This document shows positions 11,659 through 22,933 of a stretch of DNA of 34,727 bases, in pieces. The notes beneath the pieces were generated by a model that was not told the origin of the DNA, ran no database searches, and saw only the letters and a list, made by a program, of their open reading frames with translations. This DNA comes from Pelomyxa schiedti. Its lineage: Eukaryota > Protista > Evosea. The translations under genes were made by a program, and so were the position numbers. The first letter of the stretch is position 1, and the number at the start of each line of letters is the position of its first letter. The stretch spans positions 1-34,727 of the forward strand of contig JAHLWZ010000236.1 of NCBI GenBank assembly GCA_020536535.1, given 5' to 3'.

Positions 11659-12114
11659 CACGACCAAGTCAAAAAAACTACACTGCACTTTTTTTCATTT
11701 TTTTTCGAATGAAGGTGCTTGGTTTTATTTTGATGGAAGTGGGGGTTGACCACACGAGGCAGCAGTGCAGTGCCTGGACAATCATGAGGGCACCCAACTT
11801 GGCGGCGGAGCAAGCCCCACAACACCAAGAGGACACCCCCAAGCGACCCCACAAAAAATAAGTTTAATATCGATGCGGCCCAATGGGCAGCTTTCAGATA
11901 TTAAGCTGAAAAGAACAGATACTACACTTGATCTTAGCCAAAAGGCCGAGAAGGTATATGAAGTATCATTGACCCTTGGCTCGGATTGCCCGTACCTTGT
12001 TGAAAATGTCAATTATGGGGCAATCCGATGCCTCTTCCATCTGATTGATTTTACGATTTAGAGGAATCAATCTCACCCGTATCTACGGACCAACAAGGTT
12101 TGCCAACAAGGGCA

Positions 12115-14630
12115 ATGGTGTACTTCGCCGGTGTTTGGCCGGTGTCGTGGCTGTACTTGGCTGTGGCTATGCTGGGGCTTATTATTATGGGATCCGTGTG
12201 TGCCTCTGCGTCGAAGACACAACGACCACACATCGTGTTTGTTTTGGCCGATGACATGGGCTGGAATGTATGTCTTCCATTCTTTTTTGGTTTTTTTTTT
12301 TTGTTTGACAGCAGACCGGCTCTTTATTTCCTTTTTTTTTTATGGGTGATATCTGTCTTTGCAGGACATTGGGTATAACCAACAAATGAACGTGACAACG
12401 AACGTTGTGATCCAGACACCGTTTTTGGACTCACTGGCACGTGAGGGGGTCATTCTCGAGAATTATTACACTCAGCCCCTGTGCTCCCCTTCTCGAAGTG
12501 CTTTGATGACTGGTAGGCTCCCCTCTCACACCGGCATCGGTCCAATGGTACTGGAACCCCCTTTTATATATAAATTTTGGAATGGGATTGTCATTGGGCT
12601 GCAAAATTGCTCAACACTGACCAGAAAGAGAACAGATAATAAACTTGGACAAGGGATACGGCCTCCCACCTGGTGAGCACACTTTGGCTGAATCATTGAA
12701 GGATGCCGGGTATGCCACTCACATCGTTGGGAAGGTATTTTTTCTTTCTTCTTTCCTGAACTCTTTCTGACTTTTTTTGATTGTAGTGGCATCTTGGGTT
12801 TTGTGATGTCCGGTATTTCCCAACTGCAAGAGGTTTCGACACATGGGTAGGTTTTTCAAGCTGCTTCTTGCAGTTCTCTGAAACTTTCCAAGTTTGGCTT
12901 CAGTGGTGCCTCACAGGATTATTACACACACTATAGTTCTGATGTCAATCCTTTCATTGTAACTTCACTGACGACAGCTTATGATCTTCACAACACGACC
13001 TCCAAAACAATGTTGTTCCTTCTTTTTATTTATCATCCTTAATAGTTTCGTTTTTTTAGGGCTTCAGATGGAAGCACTCTTGTGTGGCCATCCTCCACAT
13101 ACAACATGACATACGCTCCACTTCTCCACTTTTCCGAAGCGGTTCGTATCGTGAAAAATCACGCCGAGACTTCTAGAGACACACCATTGTGCGTTTGTCC
13201 CGGATCCCAAAATTTAATTGACTTACCTCCACCTATAGATTCCTTTTCCTCCCTTTGCAATCCGTGCATGCACCACTTCAAGTTCCATCGAAATACATGT
13301 CAATGTATCAATCCATGACGAGTCCGTATCTGTTCCACCAAATGTTAAGTTATGCTCCGCTGATGTCACGTTCCCCCTCCCTCCGTCACACAGAAGCCGG
13401 AAGGTTTATGCTGGAATGACCACATGCATGGATGAGGGAATCGGAAATGTGACCAACGCACTCAAAGAAGTTGGACTCTGGAACAACACCGTGTNNNNNN
13501 NNNNNNNNNNNNNNNNNNNNNNNNNNNNNNNNNNNNNNNNNNNNNNNNNNNNNNNNNNNNNNNNNNNNNNNNNNNNNNNNNNNNNNNNNNNNNNGGAGCA
13601 AACATCTCCAAATCGCTCATTGGTTCAAAGATACACAACCTGATGCACGTGACAGACTGGTACCCAACTGTTGTTGAGATTGCTGGTTCAAAACCTCACG
13701 AAAATCCTCTCGGTAATCCCATTCCCTTGTCACACAACCCCAACCCCCACAACAACAACATATAATATTTCTTTCTGACCGATGTTCACAACCAGATGGA
13801 ATGTCTCAGTTGGCATCCATCACTCGAGGAGTTTCATCACCCCGCACTTCAGTGATTCTCAATCTGAGCCCGGCCAATGCAACCAAGCGTCATGGTGCCA
13901 TTATTATTGGTGACTGGAAACTTATCATTGAAAGCCCGGTAATTCATCACGCATTATTATTGTTTCTTACCCCTATTCAGCAAGTTGGAAGCTGGGCCAA
14001 GAATGGAACCACCCAGATGCCCCCGGCAGGTTGGAATGATCCACCGGCGGTGCCACCCGCACCAAGTTCCTATCACGGGACATGGTTGTTCAACCTCAAG
14101 GACGATCCCTACGAAACCCTGAACCTCGCATCCATTGTACTTCCACTGTTCTCTTCACAACGAACTAACAACCAAAAAAACTGAACAGAACACAACAAAG
14201 TATGATGACCTCATGCGGCAGTTCTCCGAACTTCAGTCGGACCCGTCCGTGGTCCCGGACCTCAACACATTGTATCCAATGGACAACGTTTCAGACCCTT
14301 CACGCAACCCGTATGATGCGTGGCTTCCGTGGAGCGACTTGCCCAATTCTACATGCACGTGTGTTTCGTTCCTGACCGACCATCCCACAGTTACACTAAC
14401 CAACAACAAAACAAAACGGCAGAGCGTGGAGTGAATATGACAGTGGCGGGATTGATGAGTTTGTGATCAAGATGACGGTTGTTGTGGCTGTTGGGTGCAT
14501 TTTGTTGTCAGCGGGCATTGTCGGTGCAGTTGCACTGTGGATCAACAGGAACCGGTTTTGGCGGATCATGGCGAGCAGCAAACCCCTTGGGGAGGGAATC
14601 GCCCTCATGTCTCCCCCAGAGCACCCTTGA
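12115..14630 (+). CDS. Arylsulfatase B-like (S1, Cys-type) sulfatase copy 1, multi-exon, with signal peptide and C-terminal TM helix; interrupted by gap 13495-13594
   Basis: Spliced motifs [29 protein letters not shown] (12482-), [39 protein letters not shown] and [10 protein letters not shown]; hydrophobic last exon. Confidence 0.9.
13495..13594. other. Assembly gap (100 N)
   Basis: Run of N. The corresponding segment in copy 2 is 19908-20125 (~218 bp). Confidence 0.99.
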
Positions 14631-14732
14631 TCATTTCATGGGTGACCTTTAGGCTAGGTTACCAACAACTTTTTATTCAAATCACGCACCATACTTCTTG
14701 TAGTTGGGGAATGGATCGCTTTGGCACTGACT

Positions 14733-17150
14733 TCACAGAAAATTAGTAGGGTAGTTTTTTTCCGCTTTCCAGAGTTGAAATTCGGAGGATGATGCTGAAA
14801 AGTAACACTTTGAGAGGTTGTTCAAGAGTTCTGTGTCACTGTTTGCTTCCACATGATACCTCTTGAGTGTGCACTCTGCAATACACATCAAGTTGTTCGC
14901 CAGACGCCACATCATTCTCCAAGCAGTGTCACCATCCAGTTCTGGGAACTTGTTGAGAATCATCCTCCACGTTGAAACGTGAAGGATAAGATGTGAATCG
15001 CCCGCCATCTGTTTCGCAAACATATGCACAACCTTGTGTGGGAGTTAGTGCTTCGAGTCATGCCACTGTTTGTTTAGAACACACGTCATCCAAGCAAATT
15101 CCAAAAGAGTCAATGAGCCATTCTGCACAGCCCTTCTTGTTTGAAAGAATCAACTTATAAAGCACAACATTGTGGTTCGCCTTGATGTGACTCGATGTGA
15201 GGTGGTATGTCTCCACAAGCCACCTCACTGCATCAGAGCACAAGTACGCAAAACCGTCCGAACTCAGTGCCTGTGCAACATCCTCAACAGAGAAAGAAAA
15301 CAGAGAGGTGAGCTCTTTCACAGCAATCAGGCTCCACTGTGCAACACACCCCAGCAACTTCGCCAAGAGGCTTCTTCTTCCTGGTTTGTTGGTGGAACTT
15401 GCACAGACGGATGATTCGATGTGAAAATACTTGATGACGTAGAGGATGAGTTTTGGGCGCTTGGCTGTTGCTGCTTGATCAAGCACTTTCCAGGCAGAGT
15501 CGTTGTCAAGCTGAAAAGCAGCAGTCAGTCGACCAACAAACCACTCAATTCCATCCACATTATCCTCACCTATGCTGTGCGTCCTTTTGAATAGTTTGCC
15601 AAATGCCTTTGCCACTCCACTTGAAACCTGAGAGTTGATCATGCTCATCACTGAATAAGTTTCCTCCAACCAGTTGGCGATTCTGATGTTGTTGTTGGAG
15701 AGTGCCGAGAGAAGCCCCCGTTTCAGGTGTTCTGGAGAGAGTGCAACCTTGGATGATGCCCACTTGGTGAGTTCCAGGTGTCCGCCCTTATTGCGGCACG
15801 ATTCAATGAAATCCTGTGTTGTTGGTGTGGCCTTCCACTCAGAAACAAACCATTCTGCAAACTGGACATCCCGCCCCTCGTGGCAGAAATATGTAAGGTT
15901 AGAATATTTCCGTGCCTCTGGGAAATTTGTGGCAGCCCAGTTCCAGATTTCAGGGTTCTCAATGCGAGTAATGTTGAGGAAGCTAAGGGGTGAATACAAA
16001 CTGAGGTGGTTTTTCATCCATTGGCAGAGCTCCAAAGTGCTACCTTTGTTCCAAACTACATGGTTAAAAAGAAATTTGACTGATGAGGAGTCCTTCATTT
16101 GAAATGATAACTGCTCCAATAACCATTTGGTCAAGTGTGGAGCTTTCCCAGAAGCGCATGCCATAGCAAGGCCCAGGGCAACCTTTGAGAAATCGCTTCG
16201 ATGCAACTTTTGTTCCAGTCCCACGAAATTGGCCAGAATCCAATTGACAACATCGAGGTGACCTGCACTGAGGGCAGCACGGAGGGGCATAAACATCTGC
16301 CAAGACTCTTTGATACCAAATGCACCTGTGACCCACTGCAGCATCTCCAGGTGCCCTGATGAACATATATCAGAAACGAGATTGAACTCACCGAAGTGCC
16401 CGGCCCTTGCATCCTGCATGTGTTCACTGTCTGGCCTCTTGTCCCACACAAGTCCAGTGGAATCAATGCTGACACCCACACCAGATCCGCTTTCGAAGAA
16501 AGACTTCGCGGCGGACAAGTGGCCGCCAATGCACAGACCAAACATCACTGCCATTGACTCCTTTGGCTTTCTGTTCTTCTTCAGTGACCCCCTGCCAATA
16601 GTCATGAAAGAATTAATTCTTGATTATTCATTTACTTTATTTAAAATTTATTCCTAATAGCCATATATGTCTATCACATGGATTTATTCCCCCCCACAGC
16701 TCCTGTTTCTCCCCAAAAACAAACCAACCAAACAAAACGCAAAGCACTCACACTAGTCAAATCATACCCCGTTGCCCTGCCGTCGATATTCCTCACCAGC
16801 CACGACACGCACCTCGACCGCGGGTCCCCCGTCACGCCCGCCGCCGTCGTCAGCGCGTAGTACCGCCCGCTGTGGGCCACCCCTGCGCACCCCGGCCCCG
16901 GGTACGAGTGGTACCACGGCCGCGACGCCACGCCCACCGCCAGCTTGCACGCGAGCCCCGCCAGCGGCCACACCCCCTCCCCCGCCCTCACCAGATCCCT
17001 GCACGTCTCGGCGCGGTCTGCAGGCACCGCGCTGTCGGGTGCGCAGGGGGGCACGAGGTGGGGCACCACGACGTGCTGCCACACAACACCGGCCACGTGG
17101 ACGGCCCAGTCGAGGCGTCCCTGTCGCTGTTGGAGAGCGTCGGCGGTCAT
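14733..17150 (-). CDS. Family A copy A4, ~729 aa; exons 17150-16768, 16591-15085, 15032-14733
   Basis: Introns 16592-16767 and 15033-15084 (CTAAC branch point) join three ORF-track ORFs in frame. Confidence 0.78.
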
Positions 17151-17209
17151 TTTTTTTTTTTGTTTTAAAAAGGGAAGTTGATTCGATTACCGTAAAGGAT
17201 CGGTACGTG

Positions 17210-18433
17210 ATGAGGCGGCAACGGGAGGGTGTTGGAGTAGATTGGAAGCCCACTGTGCGTGTTCGCGAACAGATGTTGGCGTTGGCGAGTGCGACCAACG
17301 CACGGTGCGGCCGAAGCAGCGCTGCGAGGACCCTCGGCCAGCACTCACAGCTGCTAAGGGAATTGTGGGAGGTGGCTGTTGCCCGGCCTGGCGGCCGCAC
17401 GTGGTTCAGTCTGCTCGTCACCAATATTCCCAGGACCAGGTCGACTTCTGTTTTGATCTCGGTCTGCCCGTTGCTGTCTGGTGTTTATGACGTCAAGACG
17501 CTGTCGTGGGACAACGACGCCACGCCACAAACAAAATTGTGGGTGAGCCCCAGCCACCACTTGATTCCTGCAGTTCACGAATCTCCCTTTTTGCGATATT
17601 TCATCGAGGAAGCAGGGAGTGGGGTCAGGAGGCAAATTGCATCCCATAACCTCAATTTCAGGTTGGGGAGCAGATTTGGCTACAATGGAAAGTGGTGGGT
17701 GTGGTATGCAACCAATGAGGATCCAACAGCGTTGGTGATCAGGCCTATTCTGGACCCTGACGATTCCAGAGTAACTATTATTTCTGGTTTTCACTCAAGA
17801 ACGGCACAGCGATCCGATGTTGTTGATCTCGTTTTCAACCAGTCACTGCCTGATGAGATTCTTGTTGTCACACGAGCTGGCATCAATATGGATATACTGT
17901 CCTTCCATGTCATAGATGTGGCCAAGACACATCAAATGCACTGCATCACTTCACTGTTCTCGGCTATGGATATCCAGTGCACCGGGTACATGCAGGCATT
18001 GTTGATGAGAAAGCGAAATGGGGATGTTTCCATTGTTGTTGGGTGTTATGACAGCAGCAAAAGAATCGTACATATGTATGAACCAAGCCTCAGTGGTGTG
18101 AAAGAATTGAGAACTGGAAAGGTGACACCACACAGTAGCCTGTTAACTCTGTCACAGCTTTCCAGCTCACTTTTCTGCATTAGCTCTATGAATCCCTTTG
18201 AGTATGAAATATGGGACTGCAACTGTGCAACACATGCATTGTGGGTTGGGGGGTCTGGGTCTGGTTGGTGGAACGATTTTCTTGCCTTGTCTGGCTACAT
18301 TTTCCATGTCAACAAGAAGAAAATTATGATGGTTGAACCGCTCTCTGGTGACATCATTCTCCAGCTCACACTCAACAACAACAAGAAGCTCATGAAAATT
18401 GGAACCATACAGACACTGCTTTCGTTTTCTTGA
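17210..18433 (+). CDS. Family B copy B3, 407 aa intronless hypothetical protein
   Basis: ATG 17210 reads MRRQREGVGVDWKPTVRVREQMLALASATNARCG; paralog of B2. Confidence 0.75.
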   Translation: MRRQREGVGVDWKPTVRVREQMLALASATNARCGRSSAARTLGQHSQLLRELWEVAVARPGGRTWFSLLVTNIPRTRSTSVLISVCPLLSGVYDVKTLSWDNDATPQTKLWVSPSHHLIPAVHESPFLRYFIEEAGSGVRRQIASHNLNFRLGSRFGYNGKWWVWYATNEDPTALVIRPILDPDDSRVTIISGFHSRTAQRSDVVDLVFNQSLPDEILVVTRAGINMDILSFHVIDVAKTHQMHCITSLFSAMDIQCTGYMQALLMRKRNGDVSIVVGCYDSSKRIVHMYEPSLSGVKELRTGKVTPHSSLLTLSQLSSSLFCISSMNPFEYEIWDCNCATHALWVGGSGSGWWNDFLALSGYIFHVNKKKIMMVEPLSGDIILQLTLNNNKKLMKIGTIQTLLSFS

Positions 18434-18537
18434 TTGTGTGTATGATATTTTTGTGACACATGGTCCCACAAAAACCAGTTAGCTGAAGTAACCATCGTGC
18501 GATCTCTGTACCATTTTCCGTTGTTGGTCCAATTTAT

Positions 18538-21251
18538 ATGTCCTCTGTCAGGGTTGGTTCTGTTGCTGCGCTCCGGGCGACAGCGAGGCTGGTGTACCTC
18601 GCCGTTGTTGCCATCGCACTGCTTATTATGGGATCCGAGTGTGCATCGTCGACCTCTGCGTCGAAGACACAACGACCACACATCGTGTTTGTTTTGGCCG
18701 ATGACGTGGGCTGGAATGTATGTTTAGTTGTGTCGCTCGTTGCGCGCCTTTGTTGTTGTTGTCGTTCTTTTTGAACAAATGTGTTGCAGGACATTGGGTA
18801 CAACCAGGAAATGAACGTGACAACGAACTTTGTGATTCAGACACCGTTTTTGGACTCACTGGCACGCGAGGGGGTCATTCTCGAGAATTATTACACTCAG
18901 CCCCTGTGTTCCCCTTCTCGAAGTGCTTTGATGACTGGAAGGCTCCCTTTTCACACTGGCATCGGTCCAATGGTTGTATAAATATCTTGGGCCAGGAATA
19001 TACCGGCCGCAAAATTGCTCAACACTGACCAGAAAGAGAACAGATAATAAACTTGGACAAGGGATACGGCCTCCCACCTGGTGAGCACACTTTGGCTGAA
19101 TCACTGAAGGATGCCGGGTATGCCACTCACATCGTTGGGAAGGTATTTATTTTTTTCTTTCCGGAAATGAACCCTCACACTTTTTTTGATTGTAGTGGCA
19201 TCTTGGGTTTTGTGACACTCGGTATTTGCCAACTGCAAGAGGTTTCGACACATGGGTAAGTCTTTCGCGCTTTATAATTACTCTGAAATACTATGAAGTT
19301 TGGCTACAGTGGTTGCCAACAGGATTATTACACGCACTATAGTTCTGATGTTAATCCTTTCATTCCAACGTCGCTGACGGTGGGATATGATCTTCACAAC
19401 ACGACCTCCGAAACAATGTTGTTCCTTCTTTTTATCTGTCATCCCATGTACTTAATACTTTCCTTTTTTTTAGGGCTTCAGATGGAAGCACTCTTGTGTG
19501 GCCATCCTCCACATATAACATGACATACGCTCCACTTCTCCACTTTTCCGAAGCGGTTCGTATCGTGAAGACCCATGCCGAAACTTCGAAAAACACACCA
19601 TTGTGTGTTTGTTCCTGATCCCAAAAATTTGAATTGACCTCCGCGCCAACAGATTCCTTTTCCTCCCTTTGCAATCCGTGCATGCACCACTTCAAGTTCC
19701 ATCGAAATACATGTCACTGTATCAATCCATGACGAGTCCGTATCTGTTCCACCAAATGTTAAGTTATGCTCCACTGATGTCGCCATCCCCTCCCTCCGTC
19801 ACACAGAAGCCGGAAGGTTTATGCTGGAATGACCACATGCATGGATGAGGGAATCGGAAATGTGACCAACGCACTCAAAGAAGTTGGACTCTGGAACAAC
19901 ACCGTGTTCATTTTTGCCAGGTTTGTTCCCTGTTCTTATTTTTTTGAACGCCAACAACAATTTTCAGTGACAATGGTGGCGCTCCCTGGGCCGGTGGCAA
20001 CAATTATCCACTTCGAGGTTTCAAGAACTCCAACTGGGAAGGAGGTGTCAGAGTGCCTGCTTTTATTTCCGGTTCTTACCAAGAGAAGTTGTTTTTTTTT
20101 GTTTTTTAACTCGCACACAGGTGGAGGAGCAAACATCTCCAAATCGCTCATTGGTTCAAAGATACACAACCTGATGCACGTGACAGACTGGTACCCAACT
20201 GTTGTTGAGATTGCTGGTTCAAAACCTCACGAAAATCCTCTCGGTAGTCCCATTCACTTTTCACAAAGCACACAACCCCAACCCCCACAACAGCGACATA
20301 TATTATTTCTTTCTGACCGATGTTTACAACCAGATGGAATGTCTCAGTTGGCATCCATCACTCGAGGCGCTCCTTCCCCTCGTACTTCAGTGATTATCAA
20401 TCTGAGCCCAGCGAACGCAACCCAGTATTACGGTGCCATTATTGTTGGTGACTGGAAACTTATCATTGAAAGCTCTGTAATTCCTCTCAATCCTACAATA
20501 ATATCTTTCTGACTCCTTATTCAGTACTTTGGAAGCTGGGCTCAGAACGGAACAATCCAGAGACCCCCAGCAAGCTGGAATGATCCCCCAACTGTACCGC
20601 CTCCACCGGGTTCTTATCACGGGACATGGTTGTTCAACATCAAGGACGATCCCTATGAAACCCTGAACCTCGCATCCATTGTACTTTCACTGTTCTCTTC
20701 ACAACGAACTCACAACCAAAAAAACTGAACAGAACACAACAAAGTATGATGACCTCATGCGGCAGTTCTCCGAACTTCAATCGGACCCCTCGGTGGTCCC
20801 GGACCTCAACACATTGTATCCAACGGACAACGTTTCAAACCCGGCAGGCAACCCGTATGATGCGTGGCTTCCGTGGAGCGATTTGCCCAATTCTACATGC
20901 ACGTACGTTGGCAACAACAACATATTATAAATGAATCACGGAATTCCTTCCACTCGTTCACACATTCGGCACACTTCACACACCGGCACAACAACACTAA
21001 CACACACTCACCCAAGTACCTAACACACAACAAAACAAAACGGCAGAGCGTGGAGTGAATATGACAGTGGCGGGATTGATGAGTTTGTGATCAAGATGAC
21101 GGTTGTTGTGGCTGTTGGGTGCATTTTGTTGTCAGCGGGCATTGCCGGCGCAATTGCGCTGTGGATCAACAGGAACCGCTTCCGGAGAATCATGTCGACC
21201 AACAAGCCTGGTGAGGGAATTGCACTCATGTCTCCCCCTGAGCACCCTTGA
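18538..21251 (+). CDS. Arylsulfatase B-like (S1, Cys-type) sulfatase copy 2, multi-exon, with signal peptide and C-terminal TM helix
   Basis: ADDVGWN|DIGY (intron 18718-18789), CSPSR at 18907-18921, GKWHLG, SDNGG, and [18 protein letters not shown]. Last exon reads ...[31 protein letters not shown]...HP*. Confidence 0.92.
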
Positions 21252-21426
21252 AATGATCACCACTGGAGAGACTCGATCGTGGGAATCATTATGGCAGTAA
21301 CCTTCAATGAAAACCCGATGAAGTATCGTCGGGAAGCCCGTTACAACCACGGTGGTTTTCTAAGAGAGGAAATGAGGGGAAAAAAAAGTCATCACCTTCA
21401 AGAAACGAAAACAAGAAACAAACGAA

Positions 21427-22677
21427 ATGGCATCAGATCGACGGATTGACTTCAGTGACATTGACACTGGGCTGCTCAGGTTTTGCCTGCAACACGGGAG
21501 GGTCGATGGACCCACAGTAATCCCTGACAGGGACCCTAATGTTTGTTTGTCGCCCCACAATTCACTCCCACCACGCTGACCTGTTGTTCCCTGCTCCCTA
21601 TTAATCTCTGTCATCACCAAGTTGAGTTTTTTTTTTTTTTTTTCGTTATTTTATATTTTATAAAAGGTACAAACAAAAAATAACATTTAATTTATAAAGG
21701 ATTACCGCTGGTTGAGGGAGGCATTTGATTCCTTGGAGGGGGATGTGCAACACATGATAAAGGACGTGTGCACTGTGCAGTCATTTTTATCTGGTTCAAC
21801 TGTAAATATGAGTGAGGTGGAGGAAGCTCTGTCATCCATACAATACTATGTAGAAGATGTTGACAACGCGAATGGTACGCACTGCTTCAATACTCAAAAG
21901 GCTATGTCTGATACTTTTTTGGCTAGACCTAGAGAAAATTAATGGAATACCACCGGTTGTTGCTGTCACAACACATGCGAATGTATCTCCTGCCGCGCGG
22001 TCGAATGCTCTCTGGGTTCTTGCTACTGTTGCTGGGAATAACCCAAAAGGTCAATCCTCGCTTCTCGGACATGGGGCATTGGATGCTACTGTGACCTTAC
22101 TGAACAATCCGGATATACCAGTTCGCATGAAAGCGTTGAGTGCAGTTTCCGGTACAGAGCTTCTTTGTCCCTACACTATTCTTAACTTCTTTTCCAGCCA
22201 TTGTCAGAGATAATCTTATTGGTGCCACCCGGTTGTTATCGATGGACCCACATCTGGCGACCTTGACAACACTCGTGTCAGATCCAGATAGCGGAGTTCA
22301 AATGAGAGCACTACTTGTATTGAAACATATTCTAAGACTAGTACCAACACTGACGGTACGGCTGCAATACATTCTGTTTAACTAAATTCTACTTAGGAAT
22401 CAGTTGGAACAATCGAATTTATACATAAAATTTCGCAGTGCCTTGCTATCATAAATCCCGATGTAAGAGACAGAGCGTGTGAGCTGCTACTTTCAATGGA
22501 ACCCATTCTGAGAAGATTGCCCAGGAATGAAAAAACATCACTCAATAACGAGGTTGCATCCTACAAACAATCATTCCGCACTAACAACCGCGACAGATAA
22601 CCAAGGCCCTGGCCAGAATGTCACCTGATGAGGACAAAGCACAACTTAATCAGCTGCAGGCACTTGTTATGCATTGA
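21427..22677 (+). CDS. Hsp70 nucleotide exchange factor, HSPBP1/Fes1-like, multi-exon
   Basis: Spliced product has LLRFC..., WLREAF, YYVEDVDNANDL, ALWVLATVAGNNPKGQ and VRMKALSAVSAIVRDN, which match remembered Fes1/HSPBP1 ARM-repeat motifs. Confidence 0.85.
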
Positions 22678-22933
22678 TCCCACTACTGTGACTATGTACA
22701 TACATATTAATTAACCAAACAAAAAGTGATTTTGCCTTAGTGCCAGCTATTTTCTATCCCAAATTCCTTTTGACAACACAGCGGTGCGTACGCCTCTCGA
22801 ATTCCCCCCATTTTTTCTGGAGAGATCTCCAGAAGCACAGATCTTCTTCCGTACTGAGGAAGCTTTCGCCCCATCACACAGAAGCATAACCAGAAAAAAA
22901 AACCAACAAGTTACACGAGGGTCGGGGAGGTTG

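Noticed and set aside
1-18433. Endogenous giant virus or transposon origin for the ankyrin-like cluster
   Set aside because: No capsid, polymerase, packaging ATPase, transposase, RT or terminal repeats were recognised, and the genes carry host-type introns.
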